NCBI GenBank assembly: GCA_964016885.1
Contig: CAXHJY010001404.1
Span: 186,001 to 250,000, forward strand
DNA: 64,000 nucleotides
Reading direction: 5' to 3'
Origin: Eledone cirrhosa
Lineage: Eukaryota
Under the pieces are notes generated by a model. The model did not search any database and was not told the DNA's origin. It worked only from the letters and a program-made list of their open reading frames with translations. This document shows positions 41,750-57,825 of the stretch, piece by piece. Both the position numbers and the translations under genes were made by a program. The stretch's first letter is position 1, and each line of letters opens with the position of its first letter.

Positions 41750-41769
41750 TTAATCTGTTCTTATAATAA

Positions 41770-41829
<60 letters not shown>

Positions 41830-42295
41830 AAACCCTAATAGAGGAAGGCCTGGGCAGAAGTGGTGAGATCGAGTGGAGAGATGCTGTGCTTAAAAAGACT
41901 CATTCAACCCATGCAAGCATGGAAAAGTGGACAGAAAATGATTTTATATATATATATATTGAGAAGTGAAGATGTGTGGCTTTGTGATTAGAACTTTGGA
42001 CTCACAATCGTGTGAATCAGCCTTTAGCTTTTCCCTTGGACAACATCAGAAGTGTGGAGAGGGGAGACTGGTATGCATAGCTGACTGCTGGTTTTCCATA
42101 AAAACAATTGTCTGAGCTTGTGCCTTGGAAGGCAACTATCTTGGTCTAATATCCATGGTCATTTGTGACCGAAGAGTGTCTTTATATTGAGCAAAACATG
42201 AACTCTGCAAGCTGTAGCACAGGTAACCTGTCTTGGAGAAGACTAACTCCTAATAAAATCTGATATATAGTTTTGAGGCCTTCTTAGACTTCGCC

Positions 42296-42760
42296 TATAT
42301 CTGTGACTACATTATCTAATGTGTCTGTTGTTGTTTGCTCTAGGTCCGTCTAGATTTAGTGGTCATAAGATCAAAGATGTTCTAGCAAGGACTGTGGATA
42401 CTTTGTATACCTAGGACTACATTATCTAATGTGACCTTTGTCATTTTGCCCCAGATGAGCCCACATTAAGTAGTCATCTGATCAAAGATTTTCTAGCTAT
42501 AACTATAGATACATGTATATCTAAGACTGCATTATCTAATGTGTCCAATGTTATTGTTTAACCATATCAACCTAGATTTATCAGCCTTATGATCAAAGAT
42601 GTTCTAAGCCATTACTATACATACATAGTATATCTACGACTGCACTATCTAATATGTCTGTTGTTGTTGATTAGCCAGCACCAGGTAAGCCCAAAGTCAT
42701 CCAGTTGGTTTATGATCAAAGGCTTTCCAGTTGTGACCATCACATTATTTCAGACATAGC
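42296..42760. repeat. Tandem repeat, about 4 diverged units of about 110 bp
   Basis: Recurring tatatct..gact.cattatctaatgtg...tgatcaaagatgttctag. Confidence 0.75.
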
Positions 42761-42918
42761 ACCTAATCTGTGACTCCATTAATCTCAGGTGTTCTTCCTT
42801 TGGTTTTTAAGAGTGTTGACTGTGAATTTAAGGAGATTTGGTTGCTATTTTTAGCAGGTCAAGTGAAACTTCAGAGGCTCTTGCAGATGTGTGTGTGTTT
42901 CTGCATCTGTGTTTATGC

Positions 42919-42949
<31 letters not shown>

Positions 42950-43321
42950 GTTTGTGTGTGTGTGTCTACTGTATCCGTCTCTTTGTGTAACTATTTCACA
43001 TTCTTTAACAAATTGTAAAATTGGTGAAGTGGTGGTTATGGTGGGGGAGGTTTGAACTAGAAGAGAAAAAATAAAAAGAAGAAGCAATCAATGGTGGCGG
43101 TGGCAGTAGTGTTGATGGTGATGACTGGCAGCAGTAGTGGTTGTGATGGTGGGCACGGAGGAGTATAAAGAGGAGGAGGACGAGATGGCAAGAGAAGCTG
43201 CAATCATGTAGTGAACTTCAGAGGTTGTTCACAGCAAATGTGTGCATGTGTACATCTTTTTCAGCATGTGTGTTTGTCCATGCATTTGGTTGTGTTGCTG
43301 CATGTGCTTGTGTCTGTGTGT

Positions 43322-43455
<134 letters not shown>

Positions 43456-44315
43456 CTGTCAACTGTGTGCTTGTTTCCTATGTTTGTGCATGTGTCTTTG
43501 TCTCCGTGTGTTAATTTGGCCTTTGTCAGGAATGCAAACAAAAAGTATTAAAAAGAAAGGCTAGGAGTATAAAACATCTCTGCTGCCACAAACCAGCAGT
43601 AAACTCTATTTACCCTGCAAACCTCTGCCAAAAAAACCTGACCACAAGAAATTGTTCTCTCAGTAACTTGGCTCATTTGGTTTGTTATCAATAGCCACCT
43701 GTTAACAATGTCAGATCTTCCTCTCACCCCCTTTAGCTCTCTCTTCCCTACTACCTCCTCTAACTCTATCTAGCTCTGTCTCTCTCCCTCTCTCTCTTAC
43801 TATCATTCCCCCTCTACATCTCCCCAATTTTCCATACTTCCTCTCCTCCTAGCTCTCTCCCATATTCCCTCTCTCTTTAGTTTCCTCCCATATCTCTACA
43901 TCTCCCCTATTACCTCTCTGGCCCTCTACCTACCTCGCTACACCACCTACTGCTTCTCCCTCTCATCACCTCCCACTGTTATCTCTACCCTCACTTCCCT
44001 CCTTTATCTCCCCTTATTACCTTTCCACTGCCTCTGCTTTACCTCTCTATAGACTCCCTCCTACTACGTCTATACAATACACATACACAGTCATAGGTCT
44101 TCCTTGCATCCTCCCCCATCACACCAGTGCACTTTTGCATATCCTCTTGTGTGCATTTGTTGTTACATCAATGCCTCTTGCTTTATTAGCCAGTTCAAAC
44201 ACCTCCAGCACCAACACCACCACTACTCTCTATTTTCTATCACTCCATGTCTGTCTGTTCCTCTTTTTTAATGTCTTGTCTCTCCCTATTTTTCTTCCTC
44301 TTTCCATTTCTCCAC

Positions 44316-44355
<40 letters not shown>

Positions 44356-45032
44356 TTCCCTTTCTCTGTTTCTCAATCTATCCATGTCTGTGTTCTTCTC
44401 ACTGTTCTTCTGTCTCTCTCCCTTTCTCTGTCTCTCCATGTCTGTTCCTCTCTCTTACTGTGCTGTCTCTCCCTCCCTTCTTCCCTCTTTCTTTAAATCT
44501 CTATTTTTAACATCAGCTTCCTGTTAACTAAGCAATTTTTACACCAACAACATTGTCAGAAGCTTACAAAATCACTATAAACACACACATGTACACATAT
44601 ATATCCTGTGCATGCACATATACACTCATGTGCAATGCATTCATACATATATTGAAACAAACACACACACGCACATATATATATATATATATATATATGG
44701 TGCTGAATATGTTATGACACAGAGTTGCCAAATTACTTTGTCTCATACACACACACACACACACACACAGACTGTACTAAATATATTGTAACACACTTAG
44801 GTTAAATAAGCATATACACATACATAGACTTACACATAGATACTACTAAACATGCTAAAAGGCAGAAAAGTCAAATATCTGTATATATCCATGTCGTAAA
44901 CATGCTATGTACACTGACACATATATTATATAATTACTAGCACACATACACACACCTGCTCTGCATATATATATATGCATACACAGTACTGACCATGATC
45001 TATTTTAGCTGATATTTACACGTATGCTATAT

Positions 45033-45079
<47 letters not shown>

Positions 45080-45189
45080 CTCATACATATGTGGTGAACA
45101 TTAGAGTCTCTCAGATATTACATTCATACATGTGGGTAGGTGTAATGAAGAACATAGATCAAAATCACATATACTGCTACACATTTAGC

Positions 45190-45221
<32 letters not shown>

Positions 45222-45231
45222 CACACGCGCG

Positions 45232-45285
<54 letters not shown>

Positions 45286-45462
45286 TGTGTTCCAGGCTGC
45301 TGCTGTTATTGTCTGTGCTGTAAATTAAGTGATTGCAGCAGTGTCTGTATGTGTGTGAAGCTGCAGTTAAGATGCATGTCTTTAAAACATTGCAGTTGTT
45401 TAGCTATGATGACATTGCAGCACTACCAATTGTCCTCCTTACCTTCAGGGCAGCAATTGCTC

Positions 45463-45596
<134 letters not shown>

Positions 45597-46089
45597 ATCA
45601 CCACTAATAATGATGTGTGTTACCTGATGTGTCTCCATGTCTATATTATGTGATCTATCTGTGTGTAACTTAGAATTTTCTTTATTCAGTTATATGTATA
45701 TATTTGATTGCCTTAACCTGTAAAAAAAAACACTCAGAAAACACTGTAAACCAACTGCTAACATGCCCTCATAACTTCAGCTAAATCACCCCTGACCTGC
45801 ATTCCCGATTTCACGCACCAGCCACCAATATGTGTGCTATGTTTGTTTAGAATGTGTGTGTTTTGTGACAAAATATTTAACAATATCAAAACTGTATTTC
45901 CATAGTGGGTAAAATAATTTCTGTGTCATTAATAGTGGGTATCAGACTAAAATTATTTTGATAGTATTTTGTATAATGTATACATGAGTCCGTAAAGGTC
46001 GTGCTGGTGCTGATGGTGGGTCAACTAAAAAAAGAAGACAGCCATACAATCTTCATCATCATAACCAACAATAACAATAATGCTTGATG

Positions 46090-46139
46090 CATCTGAATGG
46101 ATACTTATGCATAATTATGCATAAGTATCCGTTCAGATG
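46090..46139. repeat. 50-bp near-perfect palindrome
   Basis: CATCTGAATGGATACTTATGCATAA|TTATGCATAAGTATCCGTTCAGATG, one mismatch. Confidence 0.9.
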
Positions 46140-49100
46140 GATAATTGCTTGACTTCTTCAATGTAACATTCAAGAATTTCCTTCCAAATTTTACCTTTTC
46201 ATGACCATATTTCTAATGAAATACACCATATTTCAATCAATTTAATGAAATATTTGGAGGGATTTACTGAAATTAATATCTCACGGTGTTTGTAACTTAA
46301 CTAAAGACTATTATATCAACTTATGCTAAAGGATTCTAATTTAAAAAGAAACTTTAAAATGGGTGGTTGTGTTCCATAGAAACAAAGGTGGTTTGGAGCA
46401 GGTTGATATCAAAGAAAATTGTAGATGTGGCCACATACAACTTCTATGGACCTGCATGAAATGTTCAATAGAGCATCCAAGTTCCTCCTCAAACATTGGT
46501 CTGACCTGCTCTCTTCTCATCCCCATTGCTGAGTGTCGGGGACCTTGGGCAATAGCACCAATACTAATATATATGTTAGGGGAAAAATTAGCACCAATAC
46601 TAATATATCTCATCGGGGAAAAATGTGACGTTGATGGCTTCTGAATCATCGTCTTACCATTACTTGGAAGCTGGCTACCAAGCCACAGCTCATCCGCTTT
46701 TATCACGAGAATGAAGCCGTTGGCCTCTTGAATAGTTGTCAACAAGATGACTAATCTACACTGGTTTTGAAATCAATGTGATCCTTCTAGACAGACTGCC
46801 AACCAATACTACCTTTTTTTGCACACTGTTAGATGGCTGTTGACTCTTCTTTCTTCGTCCACCCTTTGGCAGGTTTTGTTTTTCGTCTCATAGTGTGTCC
46901 AAAAATCACCCTCCTCACCAAGCAAGTTTGGTGAAGTTACCATTTTAGTTGCTGACAACCCAACCACATGACAAGTTATCCTGGGTCACATGATGCCAGT
47001 AGCACTCGAGAGCAACCTGACATATCCTCAAACTCACTCCTCCTTTTAAAACGGTGCCCATGCAAGCTTCTGTGTTTCTGATTCACCTGGTTATGTATTG
47101 GTTGAGACATCAGATGAAATCCCTTGCTCTGTTTTGGGGGGCTTTTTGCATTCAGAGTTCAAATCATGCTGTGGCCTTCTTGTATGATAAACTTAATTCA
47201 TCATTCTTGGAGACCCTGGAAAACTGTCATAGGCAATGCTCTTTCTTCTTTGATTAAACTGTAACCTTACCATACCACATAAGTACTTGGGCCTAAAGAT
47301 GTGAAATAGGTCAGTGATGAAATTTTATCTCCAGATTAATGACTAATTCACATGCAAAGCTGTGTGTATAATAATTAGCATCATAATCCTTTAACATCTG
47401 TATTCTTTGCTAGCCTTAGAGAACTTGCCAAACAAAGGGTCAACAGGACTCTTCAGACATAACAACCTCCATTGTGCTGATGCTACAATAAAAAATACTC
47501 TGTAAAGTGCAGAAATGTATGTAAGCGAGTTGTGGCCCCCTTCTGCCCATCTGAGAGGTCAGTAGCTCCAATTAAGCACTGACTCTATGTATGTGTATGC
47601 TTTATGTATCTATCTGTGTGTGTGTATTTATATATTTGTACATGTGTATGTATGGATCTGTGAGAGTATGTATAGACCTGTATATATATATGTATGTATT
47701 ACGTGTGGGGTTGTATGTAAGTATGTATGCATGTATCTGAGTGTGTATGTGACGGTATTGATATGTGTGTCGGTACTACTGTTGTTTAGCCACAGATCAT
47801 GGTCTAGCAGACATATTATCAAAGACATTCTTCCTGTGACCATTCAACCATTTTCTTTATCAGGACTAAATTATTCAATGTGTTCTGCCATTTTTACAAT
47901 GCCGTGTTATGTGGGCAAGTTGGCCTCTATTTCTAGCAGTTGTAATTGACCACGTAGAGGTTCTTTCATTGACAATTAATGTAGGTGTGTGCCTGCATGT
48001 TTTTTTCTGTGTCATTAGTGTGTGTGTATGTATATGTGTTTATATGTTTGTATTTGAACCAGTGTGCTTGTATATAATCATCTGCATGAGTGTATTTATG
48101 TATATAATTATCTGCATGTTTGTCTGTGTGTATTTATGTATTTCTGCAATTGTGGGTGTGAATCTATATGCATGAGTATACATGTTGGTGTAACTGCTCG
48201 TATGAGCACTGAAATCTATCTCCTACTTCCTCTTCCTCCCACCTTCACCCCCTAATCTGTGCAGTCAGATGCAGTTAGTATCACTGCTGATAAACACTGC
48301 CCCTATATGCATTCCACGATGCAAGTCATGATTTGATATATATATGATGTATATATATATATATATATATAGGCTGTTAGCATTTCTGCACTTGAGCTTG
48401 TATAAGTCTGTGTTGTTGTTATTGTGTTATGTGCACTTTAGCCATTTTGGCTGGTGCAGATGCACTATCTATGTGCATTGTGGTTGCTTGTCGTCTTTTT
48501 CCTTGTGCAGATTAGCACCTATCTTGTTTCTTCTCCCCTGTCTATCACTTCATTTCTCTCTCCCCCTCCTTTTCTTTTATCTTGATCTCTATTGCTGGCT
48601 GGGTGGTGTTGTCTTTTTTTTTTATATATATTTATTCTCTCCTCACACCAACATTTCTACTCTGAAATACAGGGTAGAAATAGTGTGTGTTTATACACTC
48701 TCTTAACCAGCAGTTATGTAGTTATTTTCCAGTACTATCTCTCTTCCATAATTCCTCTTAACTACACAGCCTCTCCAATCATACTCTGACACCCCTCAAC
48801 CACACTCACTGTTTCTTGTCATTGCTCCCTCTTCTATTCACTGTCTTCTTCACATTGCCTTCATTGAATTGAGATGACATGAGGCGGGTGAATACCCTGT
48901 AGATTTGTGATGTTCAAGACAAACTTGTGTTATTGTGATAAAACACACCCAGTACGTTCTGTAAAAATTGGCAGACAAACAAAGACAGTGTAATGCTGAG
49001 AGGAATTTTCTGTCCAGCTAAAGACATAACAACCTCTCTAATGCTGGTGCCATGATAAAATACACCCAGTACACACTGTAATGGAGTTGGCCCCAGGAAG

Positions 49101-51157
49101 GGCATCCAACTGTAGAACCCATGAACAAATTAAATTTATAAGTGGGACATATTTTTCCAGACTGTGTATCATTGTCCAGCTAATACCAGCATGGAAAACT
49201 GACATAAAAATGATGAAAATAATTATGGTATGTATGTATATGAGTTTTCATACACCCTCTGCGTGTGGTCAGATGGTATGTGCATGTGTGTGGTCAGATG
49301 TATGTGTATGTGTGTTGTAACTGTTTGGTCAGAGAGGAAAGAGGAGGTCTCTTTAAACTTTTAGAGGGTTTCTGAACCTGGGAAGGTAGTGGGAATGGTA
49401 TCTTCCACCAGGAACCTTGTTTGAATGCTTGTAACAGAGTAGACTCCACTAAAAGTCTATGGGGTTGTTCAGTGAGATTTGAACTCAGAATGCAAACAGC
49501 CAGAATATCTCATCTGATGCCCTACCAATTCCGCCAGTAGACCCACCATGGACTGGGGCTTTATTTTTGTTGGCCTTGACAGGATTTGAACTCAAAGCGC
49601 AGAGAGCCAGTCATTTTGTCTTACGTTCTAACGACTTTGCCAATTCGCCAGGGTGTATGTGTGTGCATTAAATCATATGTAAGTGTGTGTGTCTGGGTGT
49701 TTTCTCCCAGCTGATATGGTATACTTACCTCCCCTTGATACATCCTCTGTTTTCATACTCCTTTCCTCTTCCTCCTCCCCCTACTACTACTACATACACA
49801 CAAACATATACACACAGATAATCCTCTCCATCACCACAGCCGCCCTGCAGTGGTTTACCTGTGTTTATTAAACACACAACCAACTTATTCCTGTTGCCAA
49901 CACTTGGCTGCAGCCTGCTATTGCATTTTAAACACACCTCTAACTGCTGCCTTTTCTACGCCACTGTGTATATAAATGATGTGTGTATGTAAATATGTAT
50001 GCACATGTGTACGTACTTTTGAATGTATGTACACAGATAATTGTCTCTGTGCATGTATGTATGTGTATGTATGTATTTCTACACAGCTGATTGTGTCTTT
50101 TTTTCTTTTTTTTTTTTTTTTTTTGCTAGCTCAATTTACAACTACTACTATCACCACCACCACTATTACTACTATGACTACTACCACTACCACCACCACT
50201 ACTATCCCTACTACTACTACTACCACCATCACTATTACCCCCATTACTACTACTACTACTACTACTATGACTGATATTGCTGTTTATTTAATAATATATA
50301 TTTAATATTACTATTTTTAATCCCACTTCTACTATTGCTGTACTACAACTACCACCGTCATTACCACCGCTACTAACACTACTACCACCATCAACACTAC
50401 AAGTACTACTATCATCACCACCACACCTACTACCACTACACCACCACTATTAATACTACTACTACTACTACTACAACCCCCACCCACCCTACAGTCACTG
50501 ACTTTCATTCCTCTTTTTTGTCAACCTATTCTAGTCTATCTACCCTACATTCTATTGTATATATTTGTGTGTGTGCCTACACACACACACACACACACAC
50601 ATACATACATATACACATGCACTCACAAGAATAGTTTTAATGAAACCAAGAAAAGACAAATATGCCTTCTGTATGTATTTATGTGTTGATATGTATGGGT
50701 ATCTCTTGATATGTATACATGTGTGTGTGTGTGTGTGTGTGGAAGTGTAAATGGAATCTACTATGCTTTGATGTGGGTGGGTTTATCTTTATAGGTATTT
50801 AATTTGCATGTGTGAGTGTGTCTATATTTATACAATTTTATGTACATATGGATGTGTGTGAGTGGGTGTAAATATGTATATTTGGTATGGGGGGGGGTTA
50901 AGTCTTGTTGTTGATATATATCATAGTTTCACATCTAGCATGGGTTGGACTGGTTTGTCCCATTTGAGGCAAGATTGGTCGGGTGTATGTATGTATATAC
51001 AAGTGGGACAATATATATTCTTGTATTACTGTTCTATGCCATTGAACTGTGATCATGCTACAAACACCTCCCTTATAGGTTTTTGGACATTTATATGGAA
51101 AGCAGCATTGTATACAAAGTTCAAGTGCTGAGAAATTATGAAGTTCATAGAAAATTT

Positions 51158-51326
51158 AGTATGCTCATATGCAGAAAGTAACTTTAAATACAATCAATTG
51201 TTATAAATAGCTTAGAAAATTTACTAAAGACCCCTTATAGATGGAGATCTCTAACAACAATTACTGTCTAAGCTATTTATAGGAACCAACTGTATATATA
51301 GTCATTTTCTGCATTTGGACATACTA
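51158..51326. mobile_element. Decayed fold-back MITE
   Basis: About 60-bp imperfect inverted arms including TATAAATAGCTTAGA and TCTAAGCTATTTATA. Confidence 0.55.
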
Positions 51327-54300
51327 TATTCGTCACATTTGTCATGTATGAATATTAGTAATACTAAATTAGCTCTCTTGCACTAGATTGAGCACTTTCT
51401 TTATTCCTTCTCACAAACATTTTTGCTGCTTACACACACACACACTTCTATGTGGCAGGCTTTCACACAGTGTCCTCAACCAAAGTTCACTCGCAAGCTA
51501 TTGGTTTGCTTAAGGCCATGATAGACGACATTTGCCCAATGTATCATTTTGTGGGGTTGAAATTGGAATGACAGTTGCATGCTGAGTTTCTTAACCATGC
51601 TACCATTTTTGGATTACTGCTCACAAGAGATTGTGATATGTTTCTACACTTTAGAACTCTGCCTTCAATTATATTTAGAAGATTCTTGAAAGCCACTTTT
51701 CATGTTTATATGTCAATTCATCTCAACCATGTTGCAGCTGTTAAGCCTGCTGATGTTATTGATGGCCCACATGCTGCTGTCTTAGTCCCACTTGAGTCTC
51801 CACATGTATGTGTGATTGGGTGTACATGTGTAGTTAGGTGCTTTCTTTCTCTCTCTTTGACATGGGGCTGTCAGATCCCATCTTTCTTTTCCTGAATCAA
51901 ACTCAACAGGAACTTATACAGTAACAGTTTGACATTTAAAGGTCCATAGTTATACAAGGAAGGAAGGGAGCCGATCATCAGATTGGACGAAGGAAACAAT
52001 GTTTCCATTGGTCTTTCCATTGCTAATACTTACCATCTGCCGGTTGCAACTTCTGGCAAGAGAAGCAACATAAAATAATGTATATTTGGCTCAAGAACAT
52101 AATGTGCCACCCATTTCAAGAAGTGAACCCATGACTTCATGATTGTAGGTCCAGCATCCTAACCACTAGCCCACACACCTTCACAAACTGCCTCCCAAAA
52201 GGTCTCTAGACAAATATATGTCTAGCATCTCAGCTGAACCCTCTGTAAAAGACTACAATCAAAGAAAAGGGGTCTCCGTAACTGAGAATCTCTGCTGCCA
52301 AACACACATCCTCAATGTAAACAAATATCTACATTATAGAGACATATCAGGGCATGGAAATACTTTATACCTTAACAGCTAACTCTCCACAAAGCTCAGG
52401 TAGAGCTGACTGGCATATGGCTCCCACATTTGGGATGGTGCTGCTGCTGTTACACACACAAACATCCTAAACAGCATTCCCTACCCCCAAGGCTATCCAT
52501 CAACAAACTCCAACCTCTGTCTCCTTTCTCTATTTCAGTAGCTCTTCTCATGCCACCTCCATATTCAGGCACTTGCAACTCATCTCCCCAACCCACATTG
52601 TATCCACCCTCCCACCTCAAAATCCCTGCTACACAGAATGTTGTCCCCCAAGAATTCCTTTCATGTCCATCAGAGCAGTGCATGCAGCATGACCAAATGT
52701 TTAAGGAGTTTGCTTCGTAATTATTAGTTTGGGTTCGATCCTACTATGGTGGCATCTTGGGCAAGTGTCCTTAACTATAGCCTCAAGTTGGCCCAAGCCT
52801 TGTGAGGAAATTTTAGTAGATGGTGTGGATGCTTGTCGTATGGACCTGTAATTCACCTGATCAACCTTGTCACACAGTGTTAAACTGATTCTCCTTGAGA
52901 ATTAAGTTGAAGGTGTATATGTCTGTGGCAGAATGCTCAGCCACTTACATGTTAATTAAATAAGCAGACTGTTCCATTGATAGAACAACTGAGACACACA
53001 TTGTTACTTAAATTCACAGAGGTCTATTCCACTAGACCAGGCTTAGAAGCCCTCTGAAAGTCCTGGCTCAGGCTCATCTCCCAGATCATAACGATAAGTT
53101 AAAAAGAAATCATTATCCCTTTTTGTATGTTTTTCATGTTGGCATAGGGTGGATATGTCATCCCCGTTGGAGTCTGTTCTTATTTGGAGTTACTGCACAG
53201 CTCAGAGGACTACATTTTACTTATATGTTCCATTTTTTAGCAAGTCATGGTCTTCCAACCAGTATATATATATATATATATCATCATCGTCTTTTTAACG
53301 GTTGCTTTCTCTGGTATATGTGTGTGTGAAAGAGAGAGAGAGAAAGAGTACTCAATACCAAAGTAGAGTTTAAATATTTTTTTATTATGGCTAAGTGGTG
53401 ATTCTTGTGGCTCTGGAGTTTCACCTGTATACTCACAGGATCATCTGACAAGAGTCTTATATATGTGTGTGTGCATGAGTGCATATGCACACAATTCAAT
53501 TGCTTATCTATAGAAATAGCCACACAGCATTGCTACATTCACACACTATTAAACTGTTGCTCTATGTGCATTCTTATACCTATCTATGTCTCTCTCTTTC
53601 TCTCTCTCTGTATATATAGTTGCAATTTCTATGTATGTAGTAATTTGTCTCTCTCTGGGGAATTCTGTTGTAGTAATATGAATATTATCATTAGTAGTAG
53701 TAGTAGTGTTAGTGGTAGCAGCAGCAGTGTGGGGTTGTTTTTTTTGCTATATTGTTGTAAGTTTCCATTCTAGTCATTACAATGGTGGTAGTTGTGGTGG
53801 TACCAATCATGCAGTCATAAATTTGCAGTGGTTTGGAGAGGGTTAAGTGAGGATATGAACTTCATGCTTTTCCAAAGTGCATTTACATTACAACCAAAGC
53901 AAATAACTAATAATGGTGTTAAAAATAGTGATGGTGGTGCTGCTGATGCTACTACTACTACTACTACTACTATTGCCACTGCTGCTGCTGCTAACTAGAT
54001 CTGGGTCACCTTGCTCTGGTTGTGTAAGGAAATTGTATCAAAGCCCAAATTGATAGTCATCTTCTGATGATGATGCTGTTGTTGTTAACTGAACCTATGT
54101 GGCATATTTAGATGTTTGAAGCCTGAGGAGGAGTAAGTGTGGTGGAGGAAAGACAGAGTGAGTGAGGGGGTAGTGACATATAAAAGAGGACCCTGGATTG
54201 TTTTCTATTAAGCTGTTTGTGTGTGTATGTGTCTGTGTTTTGTGTGTGTTTTGTCAGGTGAAGAATTTGTATGCTTTTCTACCTTAAGACCTCCACTTTC

Positions 54301-54524
54301 TTTCACTGATGTGTACATGTGTACACACATACATACACATGTGTGTGTGTATAAATGTTTTACTTGCTTCAGTCATTTGACTGTGGCCATGCAGGGTGTG
54401 TGTATGTAATGTTGATGAACATGAGAATGAGTAGTCAAGTAGTTTATTAATATTCTTTATTAAGATCACATGATGAATCTTGTTACTCTGTTCACCTGTA
54501 TAGCTATGTTGTAAGAAATAATAT

Positions 54525-54570
<46 letters not shown>

Positions 54571-55131
54571 ATGTATGTTTGTGTGTGTGTGTTGGATTAA
54601 CTGAATTGTGTATCAGATATAAACATTCTATATTTACCTATAAAATGTGTATATTTGTCAGCTTTTAGATGACTGTATGGAAGCAGCTGTACTATAGAAG
54701 AGTGTGGGAAGGTATTGCTATTAGGGGCTGCTCATACTGGGGGAGTATGTGTGTATGTATATTCAAAATAGTATTTGTTAGATTGCAATGTCTGTGTATA
54801 TGTATTAATGTGTGTGTGTATGCGTTTCTCTCTGGTTGTTAAGTGTATGTATGTATGTATATATATATAATATATATATATTCATGTGATGTTGGAGGAG
54901 TACCCTGGTGAAACTCACGAGTAACAAACTCATCACTTAACCATGTGTGTGTGTGTGTGCGCTTGTGTATATTAAGTATAGAATTTTCACATTAATGTTT
55001 TTATTGATTATCAACCATATACATACGTTTCACAGTTGATTGGCTCAAGGTCTATATTTGTGTTATAGCATTGATCTGTTCATGAGATTTGTTAATCAAG
55101 CTAAAATCAAAATTCCATCTGTCTGTGTGTT

Positions 55132-55202
<71 letters not shown>

Positions 55203-55622
55203 AGGTGTGAATTTGTACCCTGCTACCTAAGATGACTGCATCTCTCTCTCTCTCTCCGAAGCCAGCCAGCCATCTATGGCAAAATATCTATTGCATTCAT
55301 TGTCTTATTGTCTTGGACTGGAGCCTCTCTCTCTCCTTCGCTTTCTCTTACTTACACCCCCTCCCTTCCCAGCAAATTTCTAAAAAAAAAATGCTGCTGC
55401 TACTACTACTACTAGTAATAGTACTAGTAGTATTTATAGTAGTAATAGTTATGTATGTTATGTACACTATGTCTCCCTAACTACTAGTACTATGACATTT
55501 CTTACCACCGTTGTCCACCCCCACCCCATTAATTTCATTGTTCCAACCCTATACCCAGCTATCTTTATCACTTATTCACATATCCAATGTTCTGATATTC
55601 CTCCCCAGGATTATCTACATGT

Positions 55623-55676
<54 letters not shown>

Positions 55677-55992
55677 ATATATATATAGTGTATTCAGTGA
55701 AGGCGGATGGCTGAGTGGTTGGAGAATGGGATTCGCAATCGTGAGGTTGTGATTTCGATTCCCAGACCGGGCGATGCGTTATGTCCTTGGGCAAGACACT
55801 TTATTTCATGTTGCTGGATTTGCAACCGACAGATAGTATTAGCAAAATTGTTTTCTTGGTCCGATTTGACGAGCTCTATCCCACTTGTTAAGCTAGTGAG
55901 GTCTGGGGTCTTGTTGATCAACCTAATATATCAGATTGGAGGGGGTAAAAACCAACTAGACCATTACTCACCAGAAAACTCAATACTTGGGG

Positions 55993-56127
55993 TATATATA
56001 GATATATGAAAAAATTCAGGACCCCGACGGCTAAGCTCCAGCCATTTCAACAGAGTTCGGATCTAGCTGTCGAAACGGCCGGAGCTCAACTGCCAGGGTC
56101 TTGAATTTTTTCATATATCTATATATA
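55993..56127. mobile_element. Hairpin MITE in TA context
   Basis: ATATAGATATATGAAAAAATTCAGGACCC ... GGGTCTTGAATTTTTTCATATATCTATAT with further internal pairing. Confidence 0.75.
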
Positions 56128-57376
56128 TATGTGTAAGTTATGGGTAGATTGGAGGGGAGGGGGGGGGGGTCAGGATATGACCACTGTTGAAGAGGGTTCT
56201 CAATACATTAGTAGAATATGGGCATCTTTTTTTTAACTTGTAGAGGACTAGAAGTGTTCCATTCATATGCAATCATCAGGAATATCAGATAAAATTGGTC
56301 AGTATCATTATTTATAGGTTTTGTCGGGATGGGTTTGAAGAGGTGATGGGGGGATGGAAGCAGAAAAGAAGGTAGATAAGATGATAGGGTTACACGGGTC
56401 ATCCACGTTATACAAGTCTGGTTAGTTTGCCACACTGTACCTTGCTCAAACAGAACTGTATTTTGGCTGGGATTTTTACAGCTGGATGCCTTTCTTATCA
56501 TCAACCATGTTTACAGTATATATATTATATATGTGTGTATATATGTGTATTTATGTGTGTATGTATATATGTGTATATATATATATATATGTGTGTATAT
56601 TGGAAAATGTGTGAAATCCTTGGTACAGTTAGGTATCCTCTGCATTCACTGCCTATGATTCACTATCATGCAACATTGCACTTTGCACACAGTCAAGAGC
56701 TGATCTCAAAAGATTGCAATGAGTGGAAAAATACTGTACTGGAAAAGACCTGTACATCCCATGCAAGCATCACAATGTAGATGTAAAATGATGCTGGTGG
56801 TGGTTTTTATCTATCAACCTACCTACCTTCTTATCTCAATCAGCCAAATGATCTGGCTACATTTGTTGACTTCATGCGCCAAACTCGTTACCACCAAATA
56901 TCAGGATTTGACTGGCTGTTTCCTTTTGTGCCAATCCTCTTGGAAACCTCTGGTGTCCTCAGTCCTGGGGCTGCCATTTTCCTCTTGGTCTGCCTGTACT
57001 CTAGTATTACAATCACTCCCACTACTACTACTATTACAGATAAACAATACAACACAACTACAGCTGCTTATTGGGACCCTCATCATTTTCAGACCTGTCT
57101 GACCCTGCCAGTCTAACACTGAGTGAGGGGGTGGAGGAGCGGGGCTCTGACTAACAACAGGCCTAGCAAACTGCCTTTTGTCAGCATGAGGTCAGTGTGA
57201 GGTCAGTATGAGGTCACTCTATCAAATATTGCTACTGAAGAGAGAAAGAAAGAGTGATGGGAGAGGAAGGTACCAAAACAATAGACTGCTACTTTCTACA
57301 TACAGTGTGGGTGTATGTATACATGTATATGTTCAAACTACTCTATGTCATATGAATCTAACTGTGTGTGTGTGTG

Positions 57377-57417
<41 letters not shown>

Positions 57418-57688
57418 GTGTGTGTCTGTATAATAGTAATATTAATGAAGTAAATTTTACTCATTTACTAGGTGTACAAATGACACCATTTTTTTATCTA
57501 TAAATTCCAATTCATTCTAGAAAATACTACTTCCAAATACCTTATAACGCAACTGAGACCATATTTTCCGGACTACGATATTCTTTTAACTATATTTATA
57601 ACTGATTTGTCTTGATATTTTGCTAAGTAATATATATTATGTTTTTGGGGGTTTTTTTCTTGAGTGATTTGTATTGGTGTTTTAATTA

Positions 57689-57791
57689 AACTCTGATGAC
57701 ACCCATAGTCAATGCTCACTAATGGTAAATTGTTAAATTAAATAATTTGCTATATGTGGTATATTGCCGTGGGCAGAAACAATTGTCATTC
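57689..57791 (+). ncRNA. Degenerate hammerhead with long stem II
   Basis: CTGATGA-CACCCATAGTCAAT...ATTGCCGTGGGCA-GAAA-CAATTG-TC; palindromic stem III; stem I and the base of stem II mismatched. Confidence 0.45.
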
Positions 57792-57825
57792 ATTAAAAAA
57801 TAAATATATATATATATGTGTGTGT

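Noticed and set aside
46341-46745. 134-aa minus-strand ORF as a host gene
   Set aside because: No recognisable domain, contains a local tandem duplication and adjoins repeat-like sequence also seen near 38620.
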